Source: Myxococcota bacterium
GTDB taxonomy: Bacteria; Myxococcota_C; UBA6777
DNA: 49,301 bases
Assembly (NCBI GenBank): GCA_023150835.1
Contig: JAKLKB010000051.1
Coordinates: forward strand, 1 to 49,301
Direction: 5' to 3'
In this document: positions 18,519-27,645 of the stretch, in pieces
Position numbering within the stretch: the stretch's first letter is position 1
Layout of the letters: each line of letters opens with the position of its first letter
Made by a program: the position numbers and the translations under genes
The notes under the pieces: model-generated
Seen by the model: only the letters and a program-made list of their open reading frames with translations
Told to the model about the DNA's origin: nothing
The model's database searches: none

Positions 18519-18687
18519 GCGGACGAAGGGGCGATATCGGCGGGTTCTGTGGATGCGGATGAAGGGGCGATATCGGCGGGTTCTGTGGATGCGGATGAAG
18601 GGGCGATATCGTTGGTTCTGTGAAGGCGGTTTCAAGGGCAGGATCGTTGGTTCTGTGAAGGCGGTTTCAAGGGCAGGATCGTTGGTT
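18519..18687. repeat. Adjacent 36-bp (~2.8 copies) and 35-bp (~2.3 copies) tandem repeats
   Basis: GCGGAYGAAGGGGCGATATCG.. at 18519, 18555, 18591; ATCGTTGGTTCTGTGAAGGCGGTTTCAAGGGCAGG at 18608, 18643, partial at 18678. Confidence 0.9.
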
Positions 18688-18702
18688 GTGGAGGAGGTGT
18701 CA

Positions 18703-18815
18703 GGCGAGATCCGCCCATAGCGTGATCGTTAAAGCGTAGGGGCAGTCTCCTGTGGTTGCCCAATAATCGGGCGTCTAGGCACGATTGTTTGTGTACACAT
18801 CATGCGGATATCGTC
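18703..18815 (+). mobile_element. Family B element abutting a stop codon
   Basis: GATCCGCCC..GTGATCG..GCGTAGGGGCAGTCTCCTGTGGTTGCCCAATAATCGGGCGTCTA..GTGTACACAT..GCGGATATCGTC. Confidence 0.85.
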
Positions 18816-19553
18816 TTAGATGCCAACAAAGAGACGTTTTCCGAAAGCATCGGGCAATCGGGCCTCGAAGACGCGTCGTGCGCTGAGAGCGATATCGTAT
18901 TCGACGCGGTATTGCTCGAAGGTGCGGCTTTCGGTGTCAAAGATGGCGTAAGCAGCGCGGGGATCGTAGTCGCGTGGTTGGCCGATGGAGCCGACGGAGA
19001 TGATGTATTTTTTGCGCGGGTCGAGTTCGATCAAGCCGGGGACCATCTGGATGACTTCGACACCGTCGTGGGCAAAGATGCGGCAGAGGTGGGAGTGTCC
19101 GATGAAGGTGACTTGAAGGAGTTCGCTGCTGTGTTGGTAGGCTTCTCGGGCTTGTTCCATATTGAAGATGTAGTTGAATTCTTCGGGATGGATGGGAGCG
19201 CCGTGAGAGAAGCAGACGTTGATATCGGGTTCATTTTTGAGGTAGGGGAGGGAGCGCAACCAAGCGAGATGTTCTTCGCGGAGGACTTCGACAGTCCAAT
19301 CGAGGGCTTGTTTGGCTTGGTCGTAGTAGTAAGAATAATCCATTTTGCCTGATACAGCGGCGTCATGGTTGCCCATGATGGTGAGGCTGGAGACCTCACG
19401 GATGATATCGCAGCATTCGTTGGGGGATGCGCCGTAGCCAACGACATCACCGAGGCAGACGTACCGTTCAATCGATTTTTTTTGGAAGGCTTGCATCACC
19501 GTTTCAAGGGCGGCGAGGTTGGCGTGGATATCCGAAAGAATGCCTATCCGCAT
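18816..19553 (-). CDS. Calcineurin-like metallophosphoesterase (YfcE/PrpA-like)
   Basis: SDIHAN, CLGDVVGYG, MGNHD, SHG, GHSH, GSIGQPRD; GGAGGAG RBS. Confidence 0.92.
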   Translation of the reverse strand: MRIGILSDIHANLAALETVMQAFQKKSIERYVCLGDVVGYGASPNECCDIIREVSSLTIMGNHDAAVSGKMDYSYYYDQAKQALDWTVEVLREEHLAWLRSLPYLKNEPDINVCFSHGAPIHPEEFNYIFNMEQAREAYQHSSELLQVTFIGHSHLCRIFAHDGVEVIQMVPGLIELDPRKKYIISVGSIGQPRDYDPRAAYAIFDTESRTFEQYRVEYDIALSARRVFEARLPDAFGKRLFVGI

Positions 19554-19845
19554 CGCTGGCTCTCCTCCATCGCGGGGCTGGTGGGGTGTGGTAGGTTCAA
19601 AGAGGTTTCGCGGTTTGATCTGAGCAAGGGCGTTGAACTTTCGTCGTCGAACCACAGGCTGTGCCTTGGGCAGAGGGCGACCACCGAGAGGACAAGGGGC
19701 GATGGAGCCATCGAAACGCTAGGGCCACCCGTTGAAGTGGAAGGGTTAAACAGACAGGAGGCGTCAGCGGGGGTGTATAACACAGAGAGGGAGTGAAAAG
19801 AAAGAGGCTGATCAAAGGTGGCGGGATGAGAAGGGGGGTGGTTTG

Positions 19846-20253
19846 TCATGTTTTTTGTGCGGCGCGGCGGTGTTTGGCGAGGGTTTTTCGGATCTTGAAG
19901 TCAAGTTCGGAGAATTGGAAAGGTTTGTTGATGTATTCGTCGGCTCCGTAGAGTGGGGAGGTGAGGCCGTTGAGGTTTTCGCCGATGCCGGTCACCATGA
20001 TCAAGCCGATGTGGTTGTACTCTTCGTGTTCACGGACGTATTTGGCGACTTCCCATCCAGAGAGTCCGGGCATACGGACATCGAGGAGGATCAGGTCGGG
20101 CTGTTGGCTGATGATCATGGAGAGTCCGGCGTCTCCGTCGGGGGCTTCGAGGAGTTCGCAGTGCATTTGACTGAGGTGAGCCATGACCATTTGTCGTAAT
20201 TCGGCGTCGTCATCAACAACGAGGATGAGGGGTGTTGCGCGTGGACTGGTCAT
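19846..20253 (-). CDS. Single-domain response regulator (CheY-like receiver)
   Basis: ILVVDDD, PDLILLDVRMPGLSG, MVTG, GADEYINKPF; AAGGAG RBS. Confidence 0.93.
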   Translation of the reverse strand: MTSPRATPLILVVDDDAELRQMVMAHLSQMHCELLEAPDGDAGLSMIISQQPDLILLDVRMPGLSGWEVAKYVREHEEYNHIGLIMVTGIGENLNGLTSPLYGADEYINKPFQFSELDFKIRKTLAKHRRAAQKT

Positions 20254-20301
20254 CCGTGGACTCCTTGGCGTCATGCTGCGTGTGTCACCGACATGACGGG
20301 G

Positions 20302-20766
20302 TTAGGCGGGGATCTCGATGGATTGCAAAACTTTTTCAAAGTTTTGTTTTTTGGATTCAAAAACGGACGCTGCAGAGGTGCCCGTAAAGAGCATGACTTC
20401 GTTGGGTCTTGTCAAGATGGCGACACGCATTTGACAAACTTCGACGCGTTGCCCACGCAAGATGAACTGGTAGGAAACGCTGTAGGCTTCAAAACCGCCG
20501 TAGGTACAGGGTTCTTCGTTGAGCATACGAAAGCCCGTCAAGCGGGTTTTGAGTTCGGCCATTTGTTGGCTAAGGAACTTTTGAGGTCCGAGACCGGGTC
20601 GGATGCGTTCGCGGCTGAAGGCGACGTTTTCGCGGAATCCCGAACCGAGGCGCAAGTGGGGGGATTGGCGGGGATCGATCACGCGAGGGGCGACGAATGT
20701 ATGAACCGTCCGATCACTCCAAGTATCGGGAAGGTCAATCGATAGAGATCCGATAGCAACACGCAT
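20302..20766 (-). CDS. DcrB/DUF1795-related (PsbP/Mog1-fold) protein
   Basis: IDLPDTWSDRTVHTF, NVAFSRE, QQMAELKTRLTGF, MLFTGT, FEKVLQSI pattern typical of DUF1795. Confidence 0.7.
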   Translation of the reverse strand: MRVAIGSLSIDLPDTWSDRTVHTFVAPRVIDPRQSPHLRLGSGFRENVAFSRERIRPGLGPQKFLSQQMAELKTRLTGFRMLNEEPCTYGGFEAYSVSYQFILRGQRVEVCQMRVAILTRPNEVMLFTGTSAASVFESKKQNFEKVLQSIEIPA

Positions 20767-21096
20767 CTTTTGTTTCTCGGCTGCGTTGGGGGCGCGTGGG
20801 CCTACGAGAGGCAAAAGTGAACCGTGTCAGGTATCACTTGGGGGGGGGGACGCGCCGGTTTCGGCTTTCCGCTTGGGCGACATAAAGGACTGGGTACGCG
20901 ATATCGAAGAGTCTATCTTGGTTTCTCAAGGGCCTTTTTTACGGCCTCTGCAATGTTTCGAGAGGCTGTGTTTGGGGCAGGACTCAGGGGTGGCGCGGTG
21001 GGCCTTCGGTATGTTTGTGTTGGATCTTTGGCGTCAGACCGAGGCTTTGGGCGTGGCCCTGCTTTTGTTGAGAGGTGTTTGTGCTGTGTTGGAGCA

Positions 21097-21438
21097 TCAT
21101 TCGCTTTCGGTGTCTGCGAAGGCGAGAACGCTTGCCATGGCGGTTTCAACGCTCGAAGGCAAGGCATCCATTCCGAGCATGGCTCCCCATTCGGTTTGTC
21201 GTGCGAGGCGCGGATTTTCGAGCAATGCGGCGAGCATTTCGGCTTCTTCGGGGCTGAGTTCTTCGGGTTGTTCTTGTTGTTGGCCTGAGCCGCCGCGTTC
21301 AAACCGATCCACTTCGTCCACGCGTTCGAGCGCCTCGGCAGCTTCGAGACGATCATTGGCTTCTGTTTTGGAGGTTTTTTCGTTGCGAGAAGCGCCTTGT
21401 GTGGAGGCTCCGCGCACGTTGGGTCGATGGATCTTCAT
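21097..21438 (-). CDS. Hypothetical acidic protein
   Basis: GGGAGA RBS before ATG 21438; protein-like composition; no family recognised. Confidence 0.55.
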   Translation of the reverse strand: MKIHRPNVRGASTQGASRNEKTSKTEANDRLEAAEALERVDEVDRFERGGSGQQQEQPEELSPEEAEMLAALLENPRLARQTEWGAMLGMDALPSSVETAMASVLAFADTESE

Positions 21439-21868
21439 AAGCGATATCTCCCGTGTACACGAGGGGATCGGATGATGCTTGTTGTTTGGAGGGGGTTCTC
21501 TTGCGTATCCAACAAGCATCGACTCGATCGTAGAAGATGCCAGCACCTTCGTGTGCTTGTCAAGTCTTGCGTCGCGAGGGCGGCAGTTCGAGCGATCCTC
21601 GAAATAGGCAAGCCAAACGAAAAGGAATGTTTCTTGGGTGTCTTGGCGCTGTGTGTGTACCTTTGGTCTTGACAAGGCGGGTGCTTTTCTATGTACTTGT
21701 GCAGCCGAAGAAACAAGAAAGCCTCATTCCTCTCGGTTGCTGCTTTTCTTTTGTTTGGTGGTGTCCCGAAGCACAAGGAAACGGTCTGTTCTTGGGTTTT
21801 GACAGAAAAACAGAACGGCACCGGCCTTCTCAACGGTGGTTTTCTGGCTAACACATCGAGGTTTTTTG

Positions 21869-23644
21869 ATGACGATGATCTGGAGTGCTTCTCCTTTTGC
21901 GATCTTTTGGTTGGCAGCGGACCCGATCAAGATCCTCTCCGGCTTGGTGTTGGGTGTCGTCATGGTGGGGATTATGCTGTTAATTCTCCGATCTATGGGC
22001 ATCGACAGCCAGACTCCACCTGCGATGGTTTGGCGCAAGATCAAACTGTTCTTTGGGGCGTTGATCTTGCCGCTTTTGGCGGGTCGAAAGTTGAAGGAAG
22101 CGGATACCCTCGAAGAAGGGGGCAAGTTGGGCGAGGCGTTGACGATCTATCTTCGTTTGTTTGACTTTGACGGGATGTTGAGTTCAAACGCGACCCTTGC
22201 GATCCACAACGAAACGTTGCTCGAACGGATCGAGGATATCTGCGAGCGGACGGGGTATGATTTCCCTGCCGAACAGATCAACCGATTCCGCGAGGATATC
22301 TACGATTATTATCTGGTTCGCCAAAAGCACCTTACACCCGTCGATTACGACGGAACGCCGCTGCATCGGCCAGAGAACGAAGATCGTTTTAAAGACAAGC
22401 TCAACATGACCCAAGAGCGCGATCTGATCAAAGGTTTTGAGCATTTTCTTTCGACGTTGATCCAGCGTGTCCAAGAACATCTCAAACGAGGTGGCGTGGT
22501 GGCTCGCCCGCGTGTGAAAAAGCCGCAGGTGTCGCCTTCTCAGGTCGGTCTAGATGCCCCTGATGTCCCGATGGGAGCCGAAGACTCCGCCGATGCCTCT
22601 AGCGAACAAGGCGATATCTATCGCAATGATCCTGAACGCTCGCTACCTGCACGCGGTTTTGCCCATCCACCCGCCCAGTCCGTTCCCGCCAAAGAAGCCA
22701 ATCCCTTTTCCGTCGACGATCCCCGCTCTCCGTTTTCCGAATCAACAGGCACTCTTCGCAAGTTGACGGGAGTCCAAGAAGATCAACCCTCTCCTTCGGC
22801 CAATCCTTTCGCAAGCCCCGCTCCTGCCGCCCCTAGCGCAAACCCCTTTGCACAACGCAGCCAAGATGCCCTTGCTGCGGTCAACGGCGGACCCGCGATG
22901 CCGATGCAGGCCCGACCTGCCGGGATGGCTATCCCCCAACCTGTTGTGATGCCCGCGCCTGCGATGGCGGCTCCTGCTCCGCAGCCCACAGGTGGATTTC
23001 CCAACTTCGGACAAGCACCTGCAACCACACCGAGCGGTACATTCCCCGCACCCGGTGGTTTTCCCGGGGCCGCACCCCGCCCTGCTGCTCCGGGCTTTCC
23101 GCAGCCTACCTCACCACAAACGATGGCTCCACAGCCCACAGGCGGATTTCCCGGCTTCCAAGGTCCTCCGCTTGGAGGACAAGCGCCACGCCCCGCAGCC
23201 TCGGGGTTTCCGCAACCTACTGCTCCACAACCCACAGGTGGATTCCCCGGCTTCCAAGGTCCTCCGCTTGGAGGACAAGCGCCACGTCCCGCAGCACCGG
23301 GCTTTCCGCAGCCCATGACTTCTCAATCCATGGCCCCACAACCGACAGGCGGATTCCCCGGTTTTCAAGGCCCACCCCAAGCGGCTCCGATGCCGCCCGC
23401 AGGATCGCCTTTTCCACAACCGACAGGCGGATTCCCCGGCATACAAGGTCCCGCGACGGGTTCTATCCCCTCTCCTCGACCCGCAGGATCGCCTTTTCCA
23501 CAACCAACAGGCGGATTCCCCGGCTTCCAAGGTCCGCCCCAAGCGGCTCCGATGCCGCCCGCAGGATCGCCTTTCCCACAACCAACAGGCGGATTCCCCG
23601 GCTTCCAAGGCCCCCCTGCTGGTTTCCCCGGTCAGAAGAAGTAG
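21869..23644 (+). CDS. Membrane-anchored protein with long Pro/Gly/Phe/Gln low-complexity tail
   Basis: N-terminal hydrophobic helices, helical middle, seven PQPTGGFP(G/N) repeats; start 21836/21869/21875 uncertain. Confidence 0.8.
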   Translation: MTMIWSASPFAIFWLAADPIKILSGLVLGVVMVGIMLLILRSMGIDSQTPPAMVWRKIKLFFGALILPLLAGRKLKEADTLEEGGKLGEALTIYLRLFDFDGMLSSNATLAIHNETLLERIEDICERTGYDFPAEQINRFREDIYDYYLVRQKHLTPVDYDGTPLHRPENEDRFKDKLNMTQERDLIKGFEHFLSTLIQRVQEHLKRGGVVARPRVKKPQVSPSQVGLDAPDVPMGAEDSADASSEQGDIYRNDPERSLPARGFAHPPAQSVPAKEANPFSVDDPRSPFSESTGTLRKLTGVQEDQPSPSANPFASPAPAAPSANPFAQRSQDALAAVNGGPAMPMQARPAGMAIPQPVVMPAPAMAAPAPQPTGGFPNFGQAPATTPSGTFPAPGGFPGAAPRPAAPGFPQPTSPQTMAPQPTGGFPGFQGPPLGGQAPRPAASGFPQPTAPQPTGGFPGFQGPPLGGQAPRPAAPGFPQPMTSQSMAPQPTGGFPGFQGPPQAAPMPPAGSPFPQPTGGFPGIQGPATGSIPSPRPAGSPFPQPTGGFPGFQGPPQAAPMPPAGSPFPQPTGGFPGFQGPPAGFPGQKK

Positions 23645-23702
23645 CCCTCCCCACAACGCAGCCCTCTCGTCAAGTAGCCCTCCCCACAACGCAGCCCTCT
23701 CG
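23639..23702. repeat. 33-bp tandem duplication spanning a stop codon
   Basis: AAGTAGCCCTCCCCACAACGCAGCCCTCTCG at 23639 and 23672. Confidence 0.95.
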
Positions 23703-23706
23703 CTAA

Positions 23707-23806
23707 GACGGTATCTGAGTGATGTACACAGCAAACGAGAGTACGCAGATGCCCGATTATTGGGCAGACACAGGGGGCGAACACTCAGACTCCCATCACA
23801 CGGCCC
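23707..23806 (-). mobile_element. Family B element (degenerate)
   Basis: Reverse complement: GTGTGATG..GCCCCCTGTGTCTGCCCAATAATCGGGCATCTGCGTACTCTC..TGTGTACATCACTCAGATACCGTC. Confidence 0.75.
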
Positions 23807-23897
23807 TTTCCACCCTTGCCATCCGATCTGCGTTTGAACCAACCCCGTATCTGCGTTGTTTCAAGCGGTACAGACGTGGTTCCAGTTCCACAACACT

Positions 23898-25163
23898 CTA
23901 GCGAGCAAGGTATTCGTCGATCGAAAGCGCCGCGCCGAGTTGTTTGAGTTTGTTTGGGAACGCTGCGAGGCGTTCTGTGAAGGCGTTTTCTTGAAGTGCG
24001 CTGCGCCCTTCGATGAAAAGTGCCGCAAGCAACAGCCCTAATTCATGGAAACCATGCAGGATGGATATCTCTGCGCTATGAAGGCGCTGTTTGGGACCGA
24101 GGTGGAGGGTGTGATCTCTTTCTGTCAAAGAGACGCCGAATTGGCGGAGTTTGCTTCGTATCTGGGCAGAAGGGTACTGCGTGTCGTGAGAAAAGGATTG
24201 TTGCGATCGAGTCAGCAACAACCAGATCCACCAAGCATCGCGAAGGATGGGAGGAACGTCGAGCGGAGGGACGCGATCGGGCGCAGGGAAGGGCTTTTTT
24301 GTGCGGAGGTGGAGCGTTTCGGGGGTGGGCCGTTGGAGATCGATCTCTGTCTCAGAAATCGCATTGATCAAGGCATCGACGCCCCAAACACGCCGTCCTG
24401 TCAGGGTGATCTGACCTGCTGTGATCATCGTCCCCAACAGCAATAACCCCGTTTCTAGCCGATCAGCGGGAAGTTGAAGTGTGGTGCTTTTTAGGGGCCG
24501 TTGTGCAGAAGAGCCACATCCGTCGACGAGCAGCGTCTTGCCTTCGCGCTGGATCGCTGCGCCCATGGATTGCAGCATCGCGATCTGTTCGTTGAGAAGG
24601 GGGTCTTCATCGGGAAATGAAAGGAGGCTCTGTCCGTCGGCTCCGAGGGCAGCGAGCATCCAACAAGACGTACGAAACGGATGTGCTGGAACACCTCGAA
24701 GATCCGCACCCTTCAATCTCGTGGAATGGAGTTTTAGGTAGCCTGTCTCTTGGGTGATGGAGACGCCCATCTTTGCAAGGCCCGTGAGTAGGCCAGACCA
24801 GACGTGTGCAGGCGTCGGATCGTAGGGCGATATCGCAAACCGCACAGCGCCACACCGCAAAAGTAGCGGTATCATCGGCCAAAGCAGCGTCTCACTTTCT
24901 CGCAATAGACCGTACGGGATCGTGCTTTCTTGTGGCGAGCCTTGGACGCGCACGCGCTCTTGCGTTTGCGCCCATGACATCCCGATGTGTTCGAGAAATC
25001 CACGCATCCGCTGGCTCTCGCCGTTTTGTGGGAGACCTTCGATCTCCAATACGCCATCCGTGATCAGCGAAAGCGAAAGTGCAAAAAGACCCAAGCTGCT
25101 AGAGCCTTGGACTTCAACGCGCCCCTCCAGTCGCTTCCCTCCATCCACGATCCATCGTCTCAA
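23898..25163 (-). CDS. MurA/EPSP-synthase-fold protein; divergent MurA paralogue lacking catalytic motifs
   Basis: IVDGGKRLEGRVEVQGS, GLAKMGVSI, MLAALGADG, LQSMGAAI, ADRLETG, KLKQLGAAL follow the MurA scaffold and length (421 aa); start overlaps the tatC stop (ATGA). Confidence 0.75.
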   Translation of the reverse strand: MRRWIVDGGKRLEGRVEVQGSSSLGLFALSLSLITDGVLEIEGLPQNGESQRMRGFLEHIGMSWAQTQERVRVQGSPQESTIPYGLLRESETLLWPMIPLLLRCGAVRFAISPYDPTPAHVWSGLLTGLAKMGVSITQETGYLKLHSTRLKGADLRGVPAHPFRTSCWMLAALGADGQSLLSFPDEDPLLNEQIAMLQSMGAAIQREGKTLLVDGCGSSAQRPLKSTTLQLPADRLETGLLLLGTMITAGQITLTGRRVWGVDALINAISETEIDLQRPTPETLHLRTKKPFPAPDRVPPLDVPPILRDAWWIWLLLTRSQQSFSHDTQYPSAQIRSKLRQFGVSLTERDHTLHLGPKQRLHSAEISILHGFHELGLLLAALFIEGRSALQENAFTERLAAFPNKLKQLGAALSIDEYLAR

Positions 25164-27040
25164 GGTGTATCATCCTTTTTCTTGATCTCCCCATCCCGCT
25201 CTGGTTGCGATGGTTCGTGCGTCTCGGATGCAGAATATCTCTCTAATACGCTCAACGGCTCTGAGGCTTGAGCCTCGTCTGAGGTTTGGGATGGAGTGAA
25301 TTCTTCGATGAACGCGTCGGGGTCGTGGGGCGGTGGCGTGGTTTGGGTGAGGCTTCCGCGAGGCATGGTGTAACCATCGGGAGGTCGGATCGGTGGGAGG
25401 GCGGGTGGTTTTGGCGATGCCTCGGTGGGGATGGACGAGGGGGATTGTTCGGTGGCTGCGGATGAGAGGGATTGCTCGGCGACTGCGGTTTGCGGCAAGG
25501 GCGGGGCGGTGTGTGCAAAAAGGGCAGCGGTGAGTTCATTTTGAAGAAAGAGATCGCCTGCTTGTTGCTCTTGGGCTTGGGCTTCTTCGGGGGGCCGTTC
25601 GCTGGAAGAAGGCGTAAAGGGCGGAGGGAAGGGCATCACGTACGTTGTCGGATCAGGCGGAGGCGTTGGGGCGGGTGGAGTCGGTGGTGAGGGCGGAGTC
25701 GGTGGTGAGGGCGGAGTCGGTGGTGAGGGCGGATTGTCAGAGGAGTCGTTGCCTTTTCGGTTGCGCAAGAAGATCCGAGCAAAAGCGAGGCCGATCTCAA
25801 AGAGGATGTACATGGGCAGGGCCATGATCATGAGGTTTAACGGATCGCCTGTGGGGGTCAAGACCGAAGAGATGATGAGGATCAAGACAAAAGCGTGTCG
25901 GCGATATTGTGCGAGGAGTTCGGGGGGAGCGATGCCAAAGACGCCGAGCAAAAAGATCACCAAAGGCGTTTGAAAGACGATACCAAAACCGAGCAAAAAC
26001 CAAGAAGAGATGCCGAGGTAGGCTTGTAGGGTCAGGTTGGGTTTGAGTTGTCCCCACGCATCTTCGGAAGCATGGGGATAATCCCATTGGTAGCGGAGTT
26101 GAAAGCGTTGTGGAGACCCAGAGAATTGGAGGTCGATCGATTTTTGGCGCAAGAGAGATTGGACGGCTTGGAGCAGATCGACGCGCTTTGGATCGGTCGG
26201 AGGATAGAGGTTTTTGGCACGCAAGCGCAGGATCGGTTGGAGGGGGGGCTTTTTCGTCGAGGCTGCGGTGTTTTTGGAGGGGAGGGACGAGGGTTGGGAG
26301 TATTGTAGGCGTGTCGGAAGTGTCGGTAGGATGGGCGATTTGTGTGTGTGTGAAGTGGTCGGTTTGTACGTGGGCGGGGGGGCTGGTTTGTGTGTGGGTG
26401 TGGTGGTCGGGGGGCTTGGGAGCGTGGAAGTAGCGAAGAGTTGCTGGAGAGCGGGGAGATCGATCTGTAGCACAGGGCGTTTGGAGAGGGATTTGGTTTG
26501 CGGTGTGTGTTTGGGTGAGATGGGGATGGGAAGAAGTTCGAGAGTAAGTCCACCTTGACGGACGGGGGCAGCGGGCTGGGCTTGGAGTGGGCTGGCGTAG
26601 ATCAAGAGGAAGCGATAAGCCGAAGGGACGGCGATCTTGTAGGCAAAGGTTGCTCCCGCAGCGAAAAGCAAGATCGAGCTAGTGAGGACAGGCCCGATCA
26701 ATCGGCGTTCGTTGGGGTGGAGTCCGGGGGCGATAAACAGCCACGCTTGCCAGACCCAAACGGGGAAGGCAAAGAAGACTCCGGCAAAAAGGGCGATCTT
26801 GAAGGATTGAAAGAGAGGCTCGGTGAGAGAGAGGTAGTGGAGGTCGGGTTGGATGTTGGTTCCGGCGGTGGCTTCTTTGAGAGGCCCCATCAAGAAGCCG
26901 ATGATCTCTTTGGCGTAGGTGAAGCCAAAGATCGAGCAAAAGATCACTGCAAGCGAGGCGATCAGGAGGCGGGTACGGAGTTCTCCGAGATGTTGGGTAA
27001 AGGACATCTGGTGATCTTCGGCATGGAATGGTTTGGACAC
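25160..27040 (-). CDS. tatC: Twin-arginine translocase subunit TatC with large loop insertion and Pro-rich tail
   Basis: HLGELRTRL, QAWLFIAPGLHPNERR, FGIVFQTP, RRHA, LTPTGDP, LPMYILFE. Confidence 0.93.
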   Translation of the reverse strand: MSKPFHAEDHQMSFTQHLGELRTRLLIASLAVIFCSIFGFTYAKEIIGFLMGPLKEATAGTNIQPDLHYLSLTEPLFQSFKIALFAGVFFAFPVWVWQAWLFIAPGLHPNERRLIGPVLTSSILLFAAGATFAYKIAVPSAYRFLLIYASPLQAQPAAPVRQGGLTLELLPIPISPKHTPQTKSLSKRPVLQIDLPALQQLFATSTLPSPPTTTPTHKPAPPPTYKPTTSHTHKSPILPTLPTRLQYSQPSSLPSKNTAASTKKPPLQPILRLRAKNLYPPTDPKRVDLLQAVQSLLRQKSIDLQFSGSPQRFQLRYQWDYPHASEDAWGQLKPNLTLQAYLGISSWFLLGFGIVFQTPLVIFLLGVFGIAPPELLAQYRRHAFVLILIISSVLTPTGDPLNLMIMALPMYILFEIGLAFARIFLRNRKGNDSSDNPPSPPTPPSPPTPPSPPTPPAPTPPPDPTTYVMPFPPPFTPSSSERPPEEAQAQEQQAGDLFLQNELTAALFAHTAPPLPQTAVAEQSLSSAATEQSPSSIPTEASPKPPALPPIRPPDGYTMPRGSLTQTTPPPHDPDAFIEEFTPSQTSDEAQASEPLSVLERYSASETHEPSQPERDGEIKKKDDTP

Positions 27041-27055
27041 GAGTGGATCCTTTGG

Positions 27056-27496
27056 TTATGCGTCGACTTTGCTGGATGGCTCGGAAGGATGGGAGGGCGT
27101 CGTTTCAAGGGAGGGAGAGAGTGTGGGCTGGGCGGCTCTGGCGGCATCGGAGGCATCGCCGCCACCGCACGTTGGATCGCCCATGATCGGTTCGGATTCT
27201 TGGGGAGGTTGCCAAGGGTCAAGGGATTGGTGGACTTGGTTTTGGAAGTCGCCAAGAGAATGTTGGACATCTTTGAGGGGGCCTTGGATCTCGGTTTCGA
27301 GTTCGTTTTTAAGGCGGTTGAGTTCTTCGCGTTCGAGTTCAAAGTTGATCGCATCTTTGACTTCTTGGGTGGCTCTGCGGACTTCGCGCATGGCTTTTCC
27401 CATCCATCGAGCAAACTCGGGTAGCTTGGAGGGACCGAGCAAAAGCAGGGCTGCCACCAAGATCAGGGTCATCTCCCAAACGCCGATATTGAACAT
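27056..27496 (-). CDS. tatB: Twin-arginine translocase subunit TatB
   Basis: MFNIGVWEMTLILVAALLLLGPSKLPEFARWMGK; directly upstream of tatC. Confidence 0.88.
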   Translation of the reverse strand: MFNIGVWEMTLILVAALLLLGPSKLPEFARWMGKAMREVRRATQEVKDAINFELEREELNRLKNELETEIQGPLKDVQHSLGDFQNQVHQSLDPWQPPQESEPIMGDPTCGGGDASDAARAAQPTLSPSLETTPSHPSEPSSKVDA

Positions 27497-27645
27497 TCTT
27501 CATCATCCCTGTGTTGTGTGTTTGCGAGGCCATCGGACTACGTTGGCGCGCAATGTAATGGCATCCTTGACGCGGCGCAAAGGAAAATCAAGCCCTCGTG
27601 CATGAACTTTATCAAAAAAGACGGACTGTTGGGGGATTTGAGTCG

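Noticed and set aside
18519-18687. 35-36 bp repeats as a CRISPR array
   Set aside because: Units are contiguous with no unique spacers and no cas genes are present
19560-19840. Possible structured ncRNA (e.g. 6S) upstream of the metallophosphoesterase
   Set aside because: No recognisable conserved motif or long pairing by eye; would need an Rfam scan
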